A stretch of 64,000 bases of DNA from Parasitella parasitica NRRL 2501 (taxonomy: Eukaryota > Fungi > Mucoromycota): assembly GCA_025201805.1 (NCBI GenBank), contig MU619252.1, positions 1 to 64,000 on the forward strand, written 5' to 3'. Made by a program: the position numbers and the translations under genes. Shown here piece after piece: positions 1-12,608 of this stretch. The stretch's first letter is position 1. Each line of letters begins with the position of its first letter. Under the pieces are notes generated by a model, which was not told the origin of the DNA, did no database searches, and saw nothing but the letters and a program-made list of their open reading frames with translations.

Positions 1-1844
1 AACTGTGTCCATAGGGACAGAAAGCGTTTGGTGTGTAGTAGTAGTCTACGCGACCTAAAAAAAAGTCTTCTTGTAATTACACATATATTTTGTTGTTTTT
101 GCTTCATTCGATCAATGAACTGAACAAATATTCAGTTAGAGCTTAAAGACACTGCTAACAACCTAGAAAATACTGTACGTTATCTATTAGCTTCAGAAGT
201 ATGTCATTCACAGTCTTTGTTCATAGATTAAAGTATAAAAAATTGGACATTTTGGCCTAAAAAAAAAACAAAATTTCGGTTTTTCTGCTGTTTAATCCAT
301 TAATTTTCAATACAAATTAATTTTATATTTGCACAGTTAGGTAGAGCACCAGTACTTGTATCAGTTTGTTTTATTATGCTTGGAGACTTTGTGATAAATT
401 TAGCATCAAATATGCAATCAAAAAGCTTAAAAAATGACAAATTGAACCATTTAGAACAAAAAATGCGCTTACTTTTTTAAATTCAGCTGTGTGCTCAATT
501 AAAGGCTTTGGAGGTATAGCTTGTAACTACACCATGACATATCAGCATGGCATCATCTCTCTTTTTAGAAATCAGTACCGAAAGATAGATCAAAATCTTT
601 ATATTTGCATACAATACCAATAAAAAGCACAGCACATACCTTATAATTGTAATATTTTCAAAATGATATTGCTGTATGTCGCCGATTTCTCAATTTTGCT
701 TGTTTGTATTAAGCAGTCTAGAGACAAGAGAAACAACCCACATGTCAATTATAGTACACCATTCGAATGCTACAATGCATTCAAACTTGACTGTCATAAC
801 TAAAAGTCTAGAGAAGAAATATGAGATTTGAAATAACCGTTTTTCCCTGTTTTTCCGCTTTTCATCAAGATTTAAGATTTAAATAACTTTTCATCCAAGC
901 AACCAATTTTCAAAACATAAAAAGTATCATATTCCACAACATCGAGGCTATCTTTTCATTTAGCTTTGGTGCACCAGATTATAGTTTTCCTCTTAGTTTT
1001 GTCACTTTGTATTGTTTACTGCATTGCATGCATTTACTGTTTATGCAAAACTACGGTCACAAGCGTATTAAAAAATTGGCTACACCTTTTTTTTTTTTTT
1101 TTTTGCTGCTTCTCCACTTTTATTACGCTATTATGTTACTACTATATACTCTTATACTTAATCATCTACAGTCCATACGTGTGCAATTTGCGTTCATTAT
1201 TGTTGGTATTATACGGTGTACCTTTTTGATTCTGGGTAAAATCGATTTTTTTCTTAAAAACAGTGAATATTACACACGTTTTCTAAAAAACCATGATTAA
1301 CACTCTCATACGCGTTTTCTATAGAACCTATCACAAGAAAACAATATACAGAATGGCGTGTTTCTAGTGAAGTAGTTCATTCAGGTATTATCATTTATTA
1401 TGTTTCTGTAAGAGCTTTTTTACTAATTGAAAAATATTTTTTGCTCTTCATTTGTAGATTTGGTTCTCTCTTGATGTCAAGTGGACAGCCTATCATTGAA
1501 ACTTGACATTAGGTTTTTATCCGGGTCATACAGGAGCATGTAGGCTGTTTCTACTCATCGACTGTGCTTACCCTAGCAGTTTTTGAGATGGGCCATTTTA
1601 TCCGAAGCTGCGAAGTGTGGTAAGGCATTTTTCGGCTATTGAGGGGGGGTATTCATTGAAATTCTACCAATTTCTATTTTTGGTCGAATTTCAAGTTCCG
1701 CCTAACATCAAAACAGGGGGAAACCCTGTTTTTTTGTTTTTAGAATTTTGGTGTTGACTTAGCCAAATTAATCGTATTTTTATGAGAAAAACAAAAATAA
1801 TAAAAATATTATGCACTTTGCAATGCATTCACTATAATGATCTG

Positions 1845-2155
1845 TGATGTGTCAATTTCCTAACCGGAAGTCAAACTCAAGTAAACACAATCCTGAACAC
1901 AATTCAGGAACATATCCCAGTGGATCATGTTCCTTATTTATAATTCAACATGACATGTTCATGGACAATAGATACAATCTATCATCGTTCCATTCTCTAA
2001 ATCACACCATGTCCCACACTTGTATCTTATCCTCCCATCAGTCCACTTAGACTCACTAGTATATAAACCATCACTTTTTCCATGTAATAAACGAGATCTT
2101 TACCTGATTAATTCACAACCGTTTTATTTGAATAATTTCTCATTCTGATAAATCA
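1845..2155 (+). repeat. Solo-LTR-like repeat, family A, copy 1
   Basis: Near-identical to 29723-30030. Termini are TGAT...ATCA, with internal TATATAA and AATAAA. No target-site duplication is visible for this copy. Confidence 0.75.
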
Positions 2156-2163
2156 ATAACTAT

Positions 2164-2628
2164 TGACAGGAGATCATGACAATGTAGTTCAATTGAAGAT
2201 TGAAGATTGTCCAATGATGTGATGTGATATACGCTTGTGTAAAGTGGAGAATAAAGTCTCCTCTGTTTAAAATCAAGGAGTTTATTTCTGTAAGTAGCAC
2301 AGATCTGAGCACCACGATAAAGGTTAAGGCACTGTCAGATCAAAGACGTGTAGCTCTTGTTGTATAACCTTACGTCGTATACTATCAAGTAGATTGTCAC
2401 TGTGAATTAGTCTTGTCTGTTATATCAATAACATGGCAAGGTCTCACATCAGGATCTCAGATCAGTCCCAGGGTCTTACAGTAAATCATGGGTAGTCATG
2501 AATTACATTATGCAGCTAGACATTAGAACCCTAGTGTAATGAACGTGTATATAATACATCGAGAGATGTATTATGAATAAAAGTGTAATTCTTTGGCAGA
2601 TTTATCTTATCAGACTTTTGACATAACA
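2164..2628 (+). repeat. LTR-like repeat, family B
   Basis: 2166-2350 aligns by eye with the reverse complement of ~32005-32185. TATATAA (~2548), AATAAA (~2576) and a ...TAACA end follow. Boundaries are approximate. Confidence 0.5.
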
Positions 2629-2884
2629 TTGTCAATTAGTCATTAAAATAAATCAAAATACATGATCATTTATTTAATGCTTTGTTTATACGCACATATT
2701 CCATTTATAATTTTCTGCAGAGCTTACGTATTTTTAATTATTGTCTGAAACAGAGATGTGCTTGACTTAACGCCGACTTCTTGAAAAGCAACAAACTGGA
2801 ATGAGAAAGAAAAAACTATCCAAACCATTTTTCGACTCCATTCCTTCTTTGTTTATGTTTGTTTTGCTTAGTTCTTGTTTTAAA

Positions 2885-2952
<68 letters not shown>

Positions 2953-3542
2953 NNNNNNNNNNCAACGATGGTCGAGTTTTTTTACGGTGCTTTATTTTGG
3001 TTTTTTAGCCAAAGTGTCTGTCAGAAAGCACTTACGGGTTTTAAGATTCGTTGTTATTGCTTATTATCTAGAAGAAGTAATGCAACAGCGACTTTCATGA
3101 TCGAGTAACAAGATTGAGCAGAATAATCAAATACTGCTTTTTACTTTCCAGCTTTACTTTTTGCAGTTGCACTTGCACTCTCCTTGGCCAAACTTTGTAC
3201 AGGCGAGCGCAAAAAAGGTGATAGAATTTCCGCCTGTTACAAGGACCACAAGGGCTGGTATTCACATGCGTGCGAATTAGGTTTTGATTTTCCTGAAAAA
3301 GAATTCAGCAGTAAGAGAAATTGAAATTTTTGGCAGCAATATGTGTTTGCTTCTATCAATTTATCTTTACTAGGTATTATTACTGCTCTTTTGTAGTATG
3401 GTACTACAAACCACACTGCAATAATATTGAATAGCTGAAAAAATTAATGATGATATATCATTGCAAATACTATATTCCTAGCCAAACTTTGACATCATTT
3501 CATTTAGGTACAGCAGTTGTTTCTATTCCCTTAATTAAAAAC

Positions 3543-3610
3543 ATTTGCTCATAACTTTTGCTAAAAAAAAAAACCCCCCGTAGAACCCGCGATCGAACCT
3601 GGAAAACATA
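3543..3610 (+). repeat. Short dispersed repeat (probable non-autonomous TE fragment), family C
   Basis: ATTTGCTCATAACTTTTGCTAAAA...CCGTAGAACC...TGGAAAAC recurs in diverged form at ~31246-31305. Confidence 0.5.
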
Positions 3611-4789
3611 ACGACAACTCAGCAGCACTATCGAATAAAACCATTTATATCCATGAAACATTGATATATACAAAGTTATCCGCAGAAAACAGTGATTTTA
3701 TGAAAACAGAAGCTGTTTATGCACATAATTTTTTTTAGACACGTTGCCCTGTGGCAATCAAAGAATACTCAGTTTATGCTTAATTTAGCCCAATGCAAAT
3801 ATTTTGTTCCTTATCTAAGCCTATCATCGTATATGTGTATATGAAATACGGTCCCCTATGTATGAAATCAGAGGCACTTTCAAGTAGACTATGCCTACAA
3901 ACTGGCACTTGCCTCATCTGCCAAAATTACATTGAAGTGCGAAAGAGTTGAAAGCTGAGAGCTGTGAGCTGCGAGCTGCGAGAGCTTATGTTTGCATATA
4001 AATAGTTTCATAGAAAAAGTACATTAGGAATATAGACACTTTTTCTGACGAGCCAATTTAGAAAAACAACCGCAAACATTGTAATCGGCAAACAGCAGTT
4101 CTCTTTCCTTTTACGTTGTTTGTTTAATTACATAAAAATAAACACAATGCACTTTATTCTAAAGGCTTCCATTTTGTTTGCAGTTCTTTAATTTTCTTTA
4201 TTTGGTGAGGATCGAGAAATGTCGTATATACAGGAAGAAAACGGAGATTTTCATTAGTATGAGTAAGCCCATCATTGTATTATTGATTGAGGGAGGTTGT
4301 TTGATTCTTTTCCAACCTGAGCGTTCAGAGGTCAAGTTCTGTGCTCTTTACGATTGTCTATTATGCGATTTTGGTGGCCCAAGCATTTTCTCAGCTGGCT
4401 TATTTTAATCACTTGTCATCAAGAGTTTACCAAAGTTCATGTTAGAACTGTGCATACTTAATTTTCCTCAAAAGTGCATGTATAAACTCGTAAATTATAT
4501 GTCGTATCCCACATTCATCACCATATGATTTGGGCCTTTCTATGATGTTTATGAGCGAATTAAATAGTTCAAGTATTGGGTAAAAACTGAATTTGTTTTT
4601 AATGCTTGATACGAAATGCAAAATGGCTTGCATCGTTACAGACACAGTTTACGGGCAATTTCAATATTGTGTTTCATTACCGAGCCGACGTAGTTTGCAA
4701 CTTTTTATTTTGAATGACTGCAAAGGTATGGATTAACAACAAGGTATTATCAAGATCGTCTGTGCGTTGAAAAAGTGCCATATGTTCTT

Positions 4790-5809
4790 TTAAGAGAGAG
4801 GCTGCTGCTTTGTCTGTCTCCAGCCTACTGTTTCTGGCTTCAAGACAAAGACAATAACCAGGATAATCATAAGGGTGACCGTAAATATGCCAAAAGCGAT
4901 ACGAGATCGACGTCTCCAGATGTGATCGATTCTATTACTTGCTGATGTCTGCCGCTGCGCATAAGAAGAGATGTAGAATGCGCCCCATAGCCATAATGGA
5001 GGGAAAATAAACCCAAGCATAAAGCATACAAACGATCTTCGACAGCATATCTTTTTGTTGCATGTGTCTGTTGCTGTTGCTTCTACTCCAGTGGCAGCCT
5101 CCTCGTCTGGAGCTGCACACTTCTTTTCACAACTCAAATCAGATGAGCTACAAGAAGAGACAAAGCTTGTGGAATCAACCTGCGCCTCTTTGCAGAACTT
5201 TTTGGCCTTTTGTGTCAACTGCCGTTTCCAGCGAGCAGTGGCTGTATTTGTAGTACTGTGGTCGCCTAGATCATGCTCATGTGGTTTCTGCACAAGATTA
5301 GTATCAGGCTGGGCACGAATCTTTTTGAGTAGCTCCAATCGCTCAATCAGGGTCTTTTCATCACGAGGCTGCCATTTTTGTTTGTCAACAGATGTGTTGT
5401 TACCGTCTAGACAGGGTAGAGAAGGTGTCATCATGCCTGCAGTAGGAGTGGACGACCTTGAGAGTTCGTAGCTGGGCCTTGTGCTGGATCTTGGTGATTT
5501 ACTAGTGTCTAACAAATGGTTGCCATCATCAATCATTCGGTCTAGTTTCTTTTTGTGTTCGTGCGCATTATCCAGCGGCTGGTTTGATCCGTGCACAAAT
5601 GACCCAAACGAGTACTGTGGCTCAAAAAAAGCATCCCATCGCTGTCTTTGCAAGTGGACATTGGCCGCATTCCCGTAATTTTGGCTTGTTTCCTCTATCA
5701 AGTGCATGCTATTTCGACTGGACGAACTTTCATGCAAGTGAATGCTGTAACTGTTATAGCTATTATTTCTTGAATGCGACGGTGTGGTAAAGGATGTTGC
5801 TGGATCCAT
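4790..5809 (-). CDS. Hypothetical membrane protein: Ser-rich disordered N-terminus, two C-terminal hydrophobic segments
   Basis: 339-aa ORF from ATG 5809 (MDPATSF). C-terminus CFMLGFIFPPLWLWGAFY...WRRRSRIAFGIFTVTLMIILVIVFVL. An N-gap lies just upstream, so the start is uncertain. Confidence 0.7.
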   Translation of the reverse strand: MDPATSFTTPSHSRNNSYNSYSIHLHESSSSRNSMHLIEETSQNYGNAANVHLQRQRWDAFFEPQYSFGSFVHGSNQPLDNAHEHKKKLDRMIDDGNHLLDTSKSPRSSTRPSYELSRSSTPTAGMMTPSLPCLDGNNTSVDKQKWQPRDEKTLIERLELLKKIRAQPDTNLVQKPHEHDLGDHSTTNTATARWKRQLTQKAKKFCKEAQVDSTSFVSSCSSSDLSCEKKCAAPDEEAATGVEATATDTCNKKICCRRSFVCFMLGFIFPPLWLWGAFYISSYAQRQTSASNRIDHIWRRRSRIAFGIFTVTLMIILVIVFVLKPETVGWRQTKQQPLS

Positions 5810-6076
5810 AGTAATTCCGCTTTTTTTTTTTTTTTTTTTTTTTTNNNNNNNNNNCAATGTAGAAGTAAGAAGAAAGCGCCAGTTTATCACAGTTTGATGA
5901 CCTAAAGAAAACGCTACATTTTAAACGGAAATTTTGCCTTTGTTTGTTGATTGACGACATTATGAATCAAATGACATTGTGTGTTTAATATTTATATTAA
6001 GAGGAAGATGTTTATTATATGTGATATGTACAACAATAATGCATGTTTGTATATGAGGGAAATGGGCTTGTTCTTC

Positions 6077-7138
6077 TTAGTTGTTGGCTTGAGATTTATA
6101 ATGGACTTCAGAAAGATCTCTGAGACGAGCAGCAGCTTGTTCTGGCGTTAGATCACGTTGGGGCTCGCCCAGCATTTCAAAGCCAACAAGGAATTTGCGA
6201 ACAGTCGCACTTCTGAGAAGAGGAGGATAATAGTGAAGATGCAGATGAGCAAAGTCGTACTCGCCATTCAGAGGCTTTTGATGGATACCCATAGAGTAGG
6301 GGAAGCTAGTCTTGAACAAGTTGTCATAGCGGCAGGTAACACGGCGAACGGCATCAGCAAGGTCAGTCTTTTGTTTATCGCTCATCTCGGGTAGGGATCC
6401 AATATGAGTCTTGGGCAAAACCATTACCTCGAAGGGCCATGTAGCCCAGAAGGGGACAATAACCAAAAAGGTATCGTTTTCAAAGACGGTGCGCTTACGC
6501 TCGGGATCGGCCATTTCACGTTGAGCGTAATCACACAACAAGCAATTGCCATTATGCTTGTCCTTATAATCTTGTAGAGCAACCAACTCTTTGCTGGGCT
6601 CCTCCGGGATACGTTCAGTGCACCACATTTGACCATGAGGATGAGGATTAGAACAGCCCATAGCAGCGCCCTTATTTTCAAAGATTTGAACGTGGTTGAT
6701 GAAATCCTTCTTTTGCATTTCCAAATAACTGTCGGTCCAGATATCTACTACCTTTCTGATGTCTTGCACAGGCATCTCGGCCAAGGTCAAGTCATGACGA
6801 GGAGAAAAACAGATAACGTGGCATTCACCACGGACACCCTCCACCTTGATCAAGTCATCGTCGTTAACCTCGAGATCAGGCTGATCAGTCTTGACAGCAG
6901 CAAAATCATTGGGAAAGCGGAAAGTGTCATGGTATTTGGGGTTGGATTCGCCACTAGCTCGCTGATTACCAGGACACAGGTAGCACTTTGGGTCGTATTG
7001 AGGTCTTTGTTCCATATCAGCGCCTTCTTGTTGTCCTTGCCAAGGTCTTTGAGTACGATGGGGCGAACAAAGCACCCAGGATTTGGCCAAGGGATTGTAG
7101 CGACGATGAGAATTGCTACTATAGTCGAAATTAGACAT
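6077..7138 (-). CDS. GAL7: Galactose-1-phosphate uridylyltransferase
   Basis: 353-aa intronless ORF with HRRYNPL, CYLCPGN and FENKGAAMGCSNPHPHGQ (catalytic HxH) motifs. Confidence 0.97.
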   Translation of the reverse strand: MSNFDYSSNSHRRYNPLAKSWVLCSPHRTQRPWQGQQEGADMEQRPQYDPKCYLCPGNQRASGESNPKYHDTFRFPNDFAAVKTDQPDLEVNDDDLIKVEGVRGECHVICFSPRHDLTLAEMPVQDIRKVVDIWTDSYLEMQKKDFINHVQIFENKGAAMGCSNPHPHGQMWCTERIPEEPSKELVALQDYKDKHNGNCLLCDYAQREMADPERKRTVFENDTFLVIVPFWATWPFEVMVLPKTHIGSLPEMSDKQKTDLADAVRRVTCRYDNLFKTSFPYSMGIHQKPLNGEYDFAHLHLHYYPPLLRSATVRKFLVGFEMLGEPQRDLTPEQAAARLRDLSEVHYKSQANN

Positions 7139-7332
7139 TATTTATATGACTGAAAATGAAAGAATACGAGATTGAATAGTAGCCTCAATCAAAAGCAAAA
7201 AAAAAAAAGGGTTAATTTATATAGAGAAAGAATATGAGAAACACCGCGGTTTACGCTTGATTATGTAAACAACTGAGTTACGTGGTCTTCCCGACAGCTT
7301 ATGTAAATTGCAAATCCGTTTCCAAAAGAAAT

Positions 7333-10051
7333 TTAGGCTTGATAACCTGTTTCTGCCAGTAGTTTAACCATTTCTTGGGATATCACAATACAGTTTCAGC
7401 AACATATACTTGCACAAACAAATTTATAGTTTACCTTGCCATTCAATGCCACTTGAAGCGCCCCATAGATTAGCCTGTTGGTCAAGAATAGTTTCGTTTT
7501 CCTTGGATTGAAAGGATTCAGCTGTTTCATTGGAGCTGGTCCACTCACCACCGATGACATTGGACAAAATATCGAGAAATGGAACAATGGAAGGCTTGCA
7601 GCAAAAAAAAAAAAAAAAAAAATTAAATAAATATCTCATCGGCGTAAGCTATCTAACACAGGCTTACCTCTGTTATGTATTCAGCGAGCACATGATGCCG
7701 ATTTTTAAATCTATATGCTAATGATTTGGATTCTGCTATGAGGTTGGCATCTGCATTTCTAAAATTGAGAAACAGCAATGTTTGATTCTGTGATGTGCAA
7801 TAGCCTGCATAGACAAAAATGTGAGCTGCTGGAAATTCTACAATATGAAACCTCTCCCTCCCTCCCCCCTCCCCCGCCTCTTGAAAGCCTGCTTACTTGA
7901 TAGTGACCAGCCACACAACAGGTTGCTTGGATCGATAATATCAAAAATATCTACGGATATCTTGATAGCCTCTCGACACTCAGAAGGCATGGTAACGTTC
8001 GACGCATTGCCAATGCCCAAGGAAATAAAGGGTCTTTTGATCAGCATGTACACGGCACAAAATGTAAGATGCAATTTACCAGCTGGAAAAAAAAAAAAAA
8101 AAATTAGCACAATATATCCCGTACAACAGATAAAGTATGTCAACAAACCTCCGTTATTTAATTTCCAATCTAATCCTGGGTCTACTTCCTTTCGGGATAT
8201 CCGGGACAGCTCGTCTTCTGTCAGCTTAAGGTCTGTAGGTAGCGAGGTTTTCCAATCTAGAAGCATCTGTTCCAAACTATGGGAAATGTTCTCCAAGCCA
8301 ACTCCTTTTTCGGACATGAGACGAGCTCTGGGTGAACAGAGTGCTCTCAGTACATCTCCCAAAATACATGACAGCTTGACCAAATAGATAAACATCGAGT
8401 ACTTTTTGTCCAGCGAGTCGGGGTATTCAACATCACAATCTGCATCAGAGATAGTCAAGGGCCTAGTATAGTAGATAAAAAGCGACTATTAGCATACATT
8501 ATCATTTGAGCTACAAATGTGAAAATGTGAAAATGTGATACTGACCTTCCCAGCGAAGCACAAACCCAGCGATCGATTATGTAAGCTGACCACCACAATC
8601 TTTTTTTAGCTTCCATGGCCTTTTTTGGTATTCCCTCCTGTTGCGTATTTGCTCTATGTAAACCTAAATCCTGGGCCATTTTAACTGCTATACTGGTGGT
8701 AATCCAATCTGTGCTTTCCAGTCCCCATTTTTCCGCATTGGAAGCATTAAGTAATAGGACTTGAATGGTTTCAATTTTGGGCTCGAGAAAGTCTAAATCG
8801 AAATACAAGCTGATTTGTTTGCTGATATCACGGAAAAAAGTGCTGCGATCGATGTTGTACTTTGTCAAGAATGGGTCGTCCTTCTTTAAAATGCGACTTG
8901 TTACTCGACAGAGCGTCATTATGATCGGTGTAAAAGTGTGGGCGTGATTTGCTTTGCGGTACTCTTTGTAAAACAGGTCTTCGTCCAAGATGGGTAGCAT
9001 GGGATTCATCTTTTCAAAATAAACGGCAATCATATGGTCGACCAGGTCCTTTGGTGGCATCTTCCAATCAGGGTTCAAAATCCTTCCAAATCCAAGTTTA
9101 TTCAGCGGATCGCCACCGAATCTGACAATCATCAAATCCTCTTCATGGCCCTCTAAGGGTCGAGGCAAAGCCTGCTTTTCCTCTGTATCTAGATTGGCTG
9201 CATCTTTGGTGAATAATCGACTCAGAAGGTAAATACCGGACGAACTTCCAACATAGGAAAATGGCTCTTTGATTCTCTCTCTATCTTCTGCAACGACTTG
9301 AATTGGTTTGATTTCTTGTGCATCTTTAACTCTATCAGCATCTGTGGGCGAATGTTCTTTTGATGCTGTGGCTGGTGGTTGTTCCGTATCATCAGAGCGG
9401 CTAGCGTGCGAGTCATCTCCATCAGACCTTTCGTCATCTCCTCCATCTTTTAGAGAGCTGCCCTCCATTACTGCTTTCATCGCATCTTCAGGTAAATTTC
9501 CATTGGCTGCAATATTCATCAGTAATTTCTCCATGCGCTTCAATCTGCTTTCTAACCCTTCTACATATCCTTTCGGTGGTCCTCGCTTTTTGGCAGCCTA
9601 TATGAAGAGGAGCAGTATTGCCTTTGTGAGCTAAATCGCTCGCTTATTCTCGTTTCTTCAGTGTCGTACCTCTTTGAATTCGCAGGTCTTGTTGTAGCTT
9701 TTGCATGAAGCGCACGAGTTCTTTGGGTAAGCTTGGTCATAGTCGCATCTGGAGAGTGTTGTTGTTTTTGTATCAATTGCCAGCTACTACACACACGTAA
9801 AATACAAAGCGGCTAGACATACCTAATTTTCTTGCGTCTACACAGATCACCTAGAGGGGTTATGGTTAGCTTGCACAATGATGTTTTGCTCACAACCACT
9901 TACATGCTCTATCCTTCTTGGTTCTCTTTTTGCCAGCAACTTCAGGAGGAGCATTGGGAGGTGGTTGTGGAGGCAGCATTTGTGGCTGCAAAGGTGGCAA
10001 TTGCGTATACGACAGCTGTTGCTGTACAATTGGTAAATTATTTGAATACAT
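7333..10051 (-). CDS. Zn(II)2Cys6 transcription factor with Fungal_trans (middle homology) domain; multi-exon
   Basis: Spliced cluster RAC-DLCRRKKIR-CDYDQAYPKNSCASCKSYNKTCEF, then KRGPPKGY and AQDLGLHR...RLWWSAYIIDRWVCASLGR. Last exon EMVKLLAETGYQA* ends at 7333. Confidence 0.9.
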
Positions 10052-10495
10052 GCGGTAGTAGGCCTTGCTCAAGAAGTTTGTAGTGCAGAACAAAAAAAGA
10101 AAAAAACAAAAAAAAAGATGGCGGAAGCAGAGTTTTTCCTAACATTGCCATCTGTTATTGCATTACAATCATCCAATCACAAATGCTTCCTCTAATGCGT
10201 TCGTTCTTCTTGGGTCAGGCAGGCATGGGCTAGCGTTGGTAATTTATGCTAGTGAATTGCAAAAAAAAAAAAAAGGTGGTATTGGCCTCTTTTCATAACA
10301 CGTTTCAAACGATGAGGCAAATTGATTTATTAAAAAACCATAGCATTAGAGGATATGCATGAGATCCAGGATAATGCCGCAGTACTCGGCCGCAATCATG
10401 TTCAAGCGCAGCGTTCAAAGCTAAAGAAAAAAAAAAAAAAGAAAAAAAAAAACACTCTTTTTTCTCTTTTTTCCTTGCTGAAAGATTTGACAAGC

Positions 10496-12608
10496 ATGAG
10501 CAAAAAAAGACCTCAGCACCAGCCCATCAGCGTTTTCGATATACCAAAAGATCTACTAGAACAACTGGAGCCGGTTGAAAAAGACACGGAAGCTGTTTGG
10601 GGCCTTGCTGCCGACAGTGAAGAACAGCAAGACGATATTGTCAACGCAAAGGCTTTAGAGCGTCTGCAAATTCAGCAAGAACGCCTTGCTAACCAAGACA
10701 ATGAGCTTACTTGCAACACGTGCGCCACTAAATTTCAAGACCGAGGAGAGCAACGCCAGCACTTTAGTACAGATTGGCATAGGTACAATATCAAGCGAAA
10801 GGTGGTGTTAGACGTAGAGCCCGTTACACTCTCTGATTTTGAAGCTATACTGACAGGTAAAGTGCAAAAAAGGAGAACGACGGGATTGGAACTGTATAAA
10901 GCTGACAACCTCTTTGCCTTCTCTGCATGGGAAAAAAGATCTCACAGAGAGCATCTCTGGGTCTGAAGGTGAGTATAGCGAGGACGAAGGCGATGAGGAA
11001 GGCGACAAGAGCGAAAAACGACCAGATCTCGACTCGATTGTTGACAAGCAAAAGCAGCATCAAGAGATACAGGAGAGGCTTGCCAACGAAGCGAGGCAGA
11101 TTGTTTTGCCAATGATGAAAAAATACTCTGCGCTTGCATGGTTCAAAACTTTGGATAAAGACTCCAGCCATTACGGGATTTACCGTCATCTATTGCAAAA
11201 CAGCACATTAGCCCAACTCCAACGGCCGCAACATGTAGGCAAGAAGCGTACTTGGATCATTATCATGCTGGGCGGCGGTCATTTTGCAGGCTGTATTATT
11301 GACGTCAACGCAAGCATTTCAGATGTCAAGCTAATCCAGCACAAAACATTCCACCGCTACACGACTCGACGAAAGCAGGGTGGGTCTCAATCCGCAAACG
11401 ACAATGCCAAGGGCGCGGCAAATTCAGCAGGTGCTCAAATCCGTCGCTATAATGAACAACTGCTGCAGCAAGAAGTCAGGGCCGTACTATCCCAATGGCA
11501 TCAGTACATTGCACAGAGTGAAATGGTGTTGGTCCATGCACCCAGCGGCAACCGCAAGCTGATTTACAACTATGAAGGTGCTGTTTTAGACATTAATCAC
11601 GTAAAGTCCATTCCTTTTGCGACCCGCCGCCCTACACTGAGCGAGCTGAAGCGAGTGTTTACGGAAATGACGACCGTCAAACAAGTCCAAGTAGACGAAC
11701 AGGCCATGCAGACATACAAGCAAAAATGGATCGAAAAAGAAAAGAAGGCCAAGGACTTGCTGGAGCGATCAACAGTGGTAGCCAAAAAGACAGCGGCCGT
11801 AAACAAAGATACCGGCAATCCCCATTTGAAGAAGCTTGTGAATTTGGTGAGACAGAATAAAACATCTGTGACATTGGGGTACTTGGAGAAGCACATGAAT
11901 TTGCCAGTGAATGGACGTTTACCGGCCGACGAGTTGTCTGACGACGAAGATTTATATCACTACCCTACATTATTACATATTGCAGCAAGCACAGGCGGGG
12001 CAGGGGATCTGGTAAAGACCCTATTGACGCAGTACGATGCGGATCCTACTGTTATCAGCGATGCAGGAAAGACTGCCTACGAAGTCAGTAAAGACAAGGA
12101 GACTAGAAATGCGTTCAGAAGATGTATGTGCGATTACCCTGACAAGTGGCGTTGGTTGGAAGATGGTCGGGTACCTAGTCCATTGACTGAACAGCAGGAA
12201 CTGGATCAGTTGGCCAAGGAAAAGAAAAAACAAGCCAAAGAGCAAGAAAAGAAAAAATTGCTTGATTTAGAGCGACAAAGGATGGAAGCAGCTAGAGAAG
12301 CAAAGGATGAGGAAGCAAGATTTGAAAAGCTCCAGGACGTCAGAGCAAAGAGTAACATGATGCCAATTGTTCGACCTTTGGGAGGTGACTCGGTGTTGAA
12401 TACTGCCAACATGACTCCAGAAGCCCGCATGCGTCTTGAGAGAGAGAAGCGTGCCAGAGCTGCAGAGGAGAGACTGAAAAGATTCCAAAAAAAAAAAAAA
12501 AAAAAAAAAACTCAGTTTATGGCTATATCTTGGTGTTGGCTGAAATGTTGCACCTTTTTCCTTTTTTTCCATTTTATAACTACGTTAAAAAATGAGCGAA
12601 ATATCTGA
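10496..12608 (+). CDS. VMS1: Vms1/ANKZF1 ribosome quality control peptidyl-tRNA release factor (C2H2 finger, VLRF1 domain, ankyrin, coiled coil)
   Basis: CNTC...HFSTDWHRYNIKRK, GGHFAG, HKTFHRYTTRRKQGGSQS and an ankyrin TLLHIAA motif. One intron at ~10857-10938. The 3' end is uncertain because the ORF runs through an A24 tract. Confidence 0.92.

Noticed and set aside
1844-2050. Duplicated small ORF (also 29701-29925)
   Set aside because: It lies entirely within the solo-LTR repeat and has no protein features.
2801-3100. ORF with poly-Phe
   Set aside because: It crosses a >60-nt T run and an N gap, so it is an artefact of a homopolymer and scaffolding.
3955-3985. GAGCTGC 7-bp tandem repeat
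   Set aside because: Simple microsatellite-like expansion in an intergenic repeat region.
4178-4645. Short ORFs as a possible transposase relic
   Set aside because: No recognisable catalytic motif could be read in any frame.
7139-7332. Gal4 UAS upstream of GAL7
   Set aside because: No CGG-N11-CCG spacing found.
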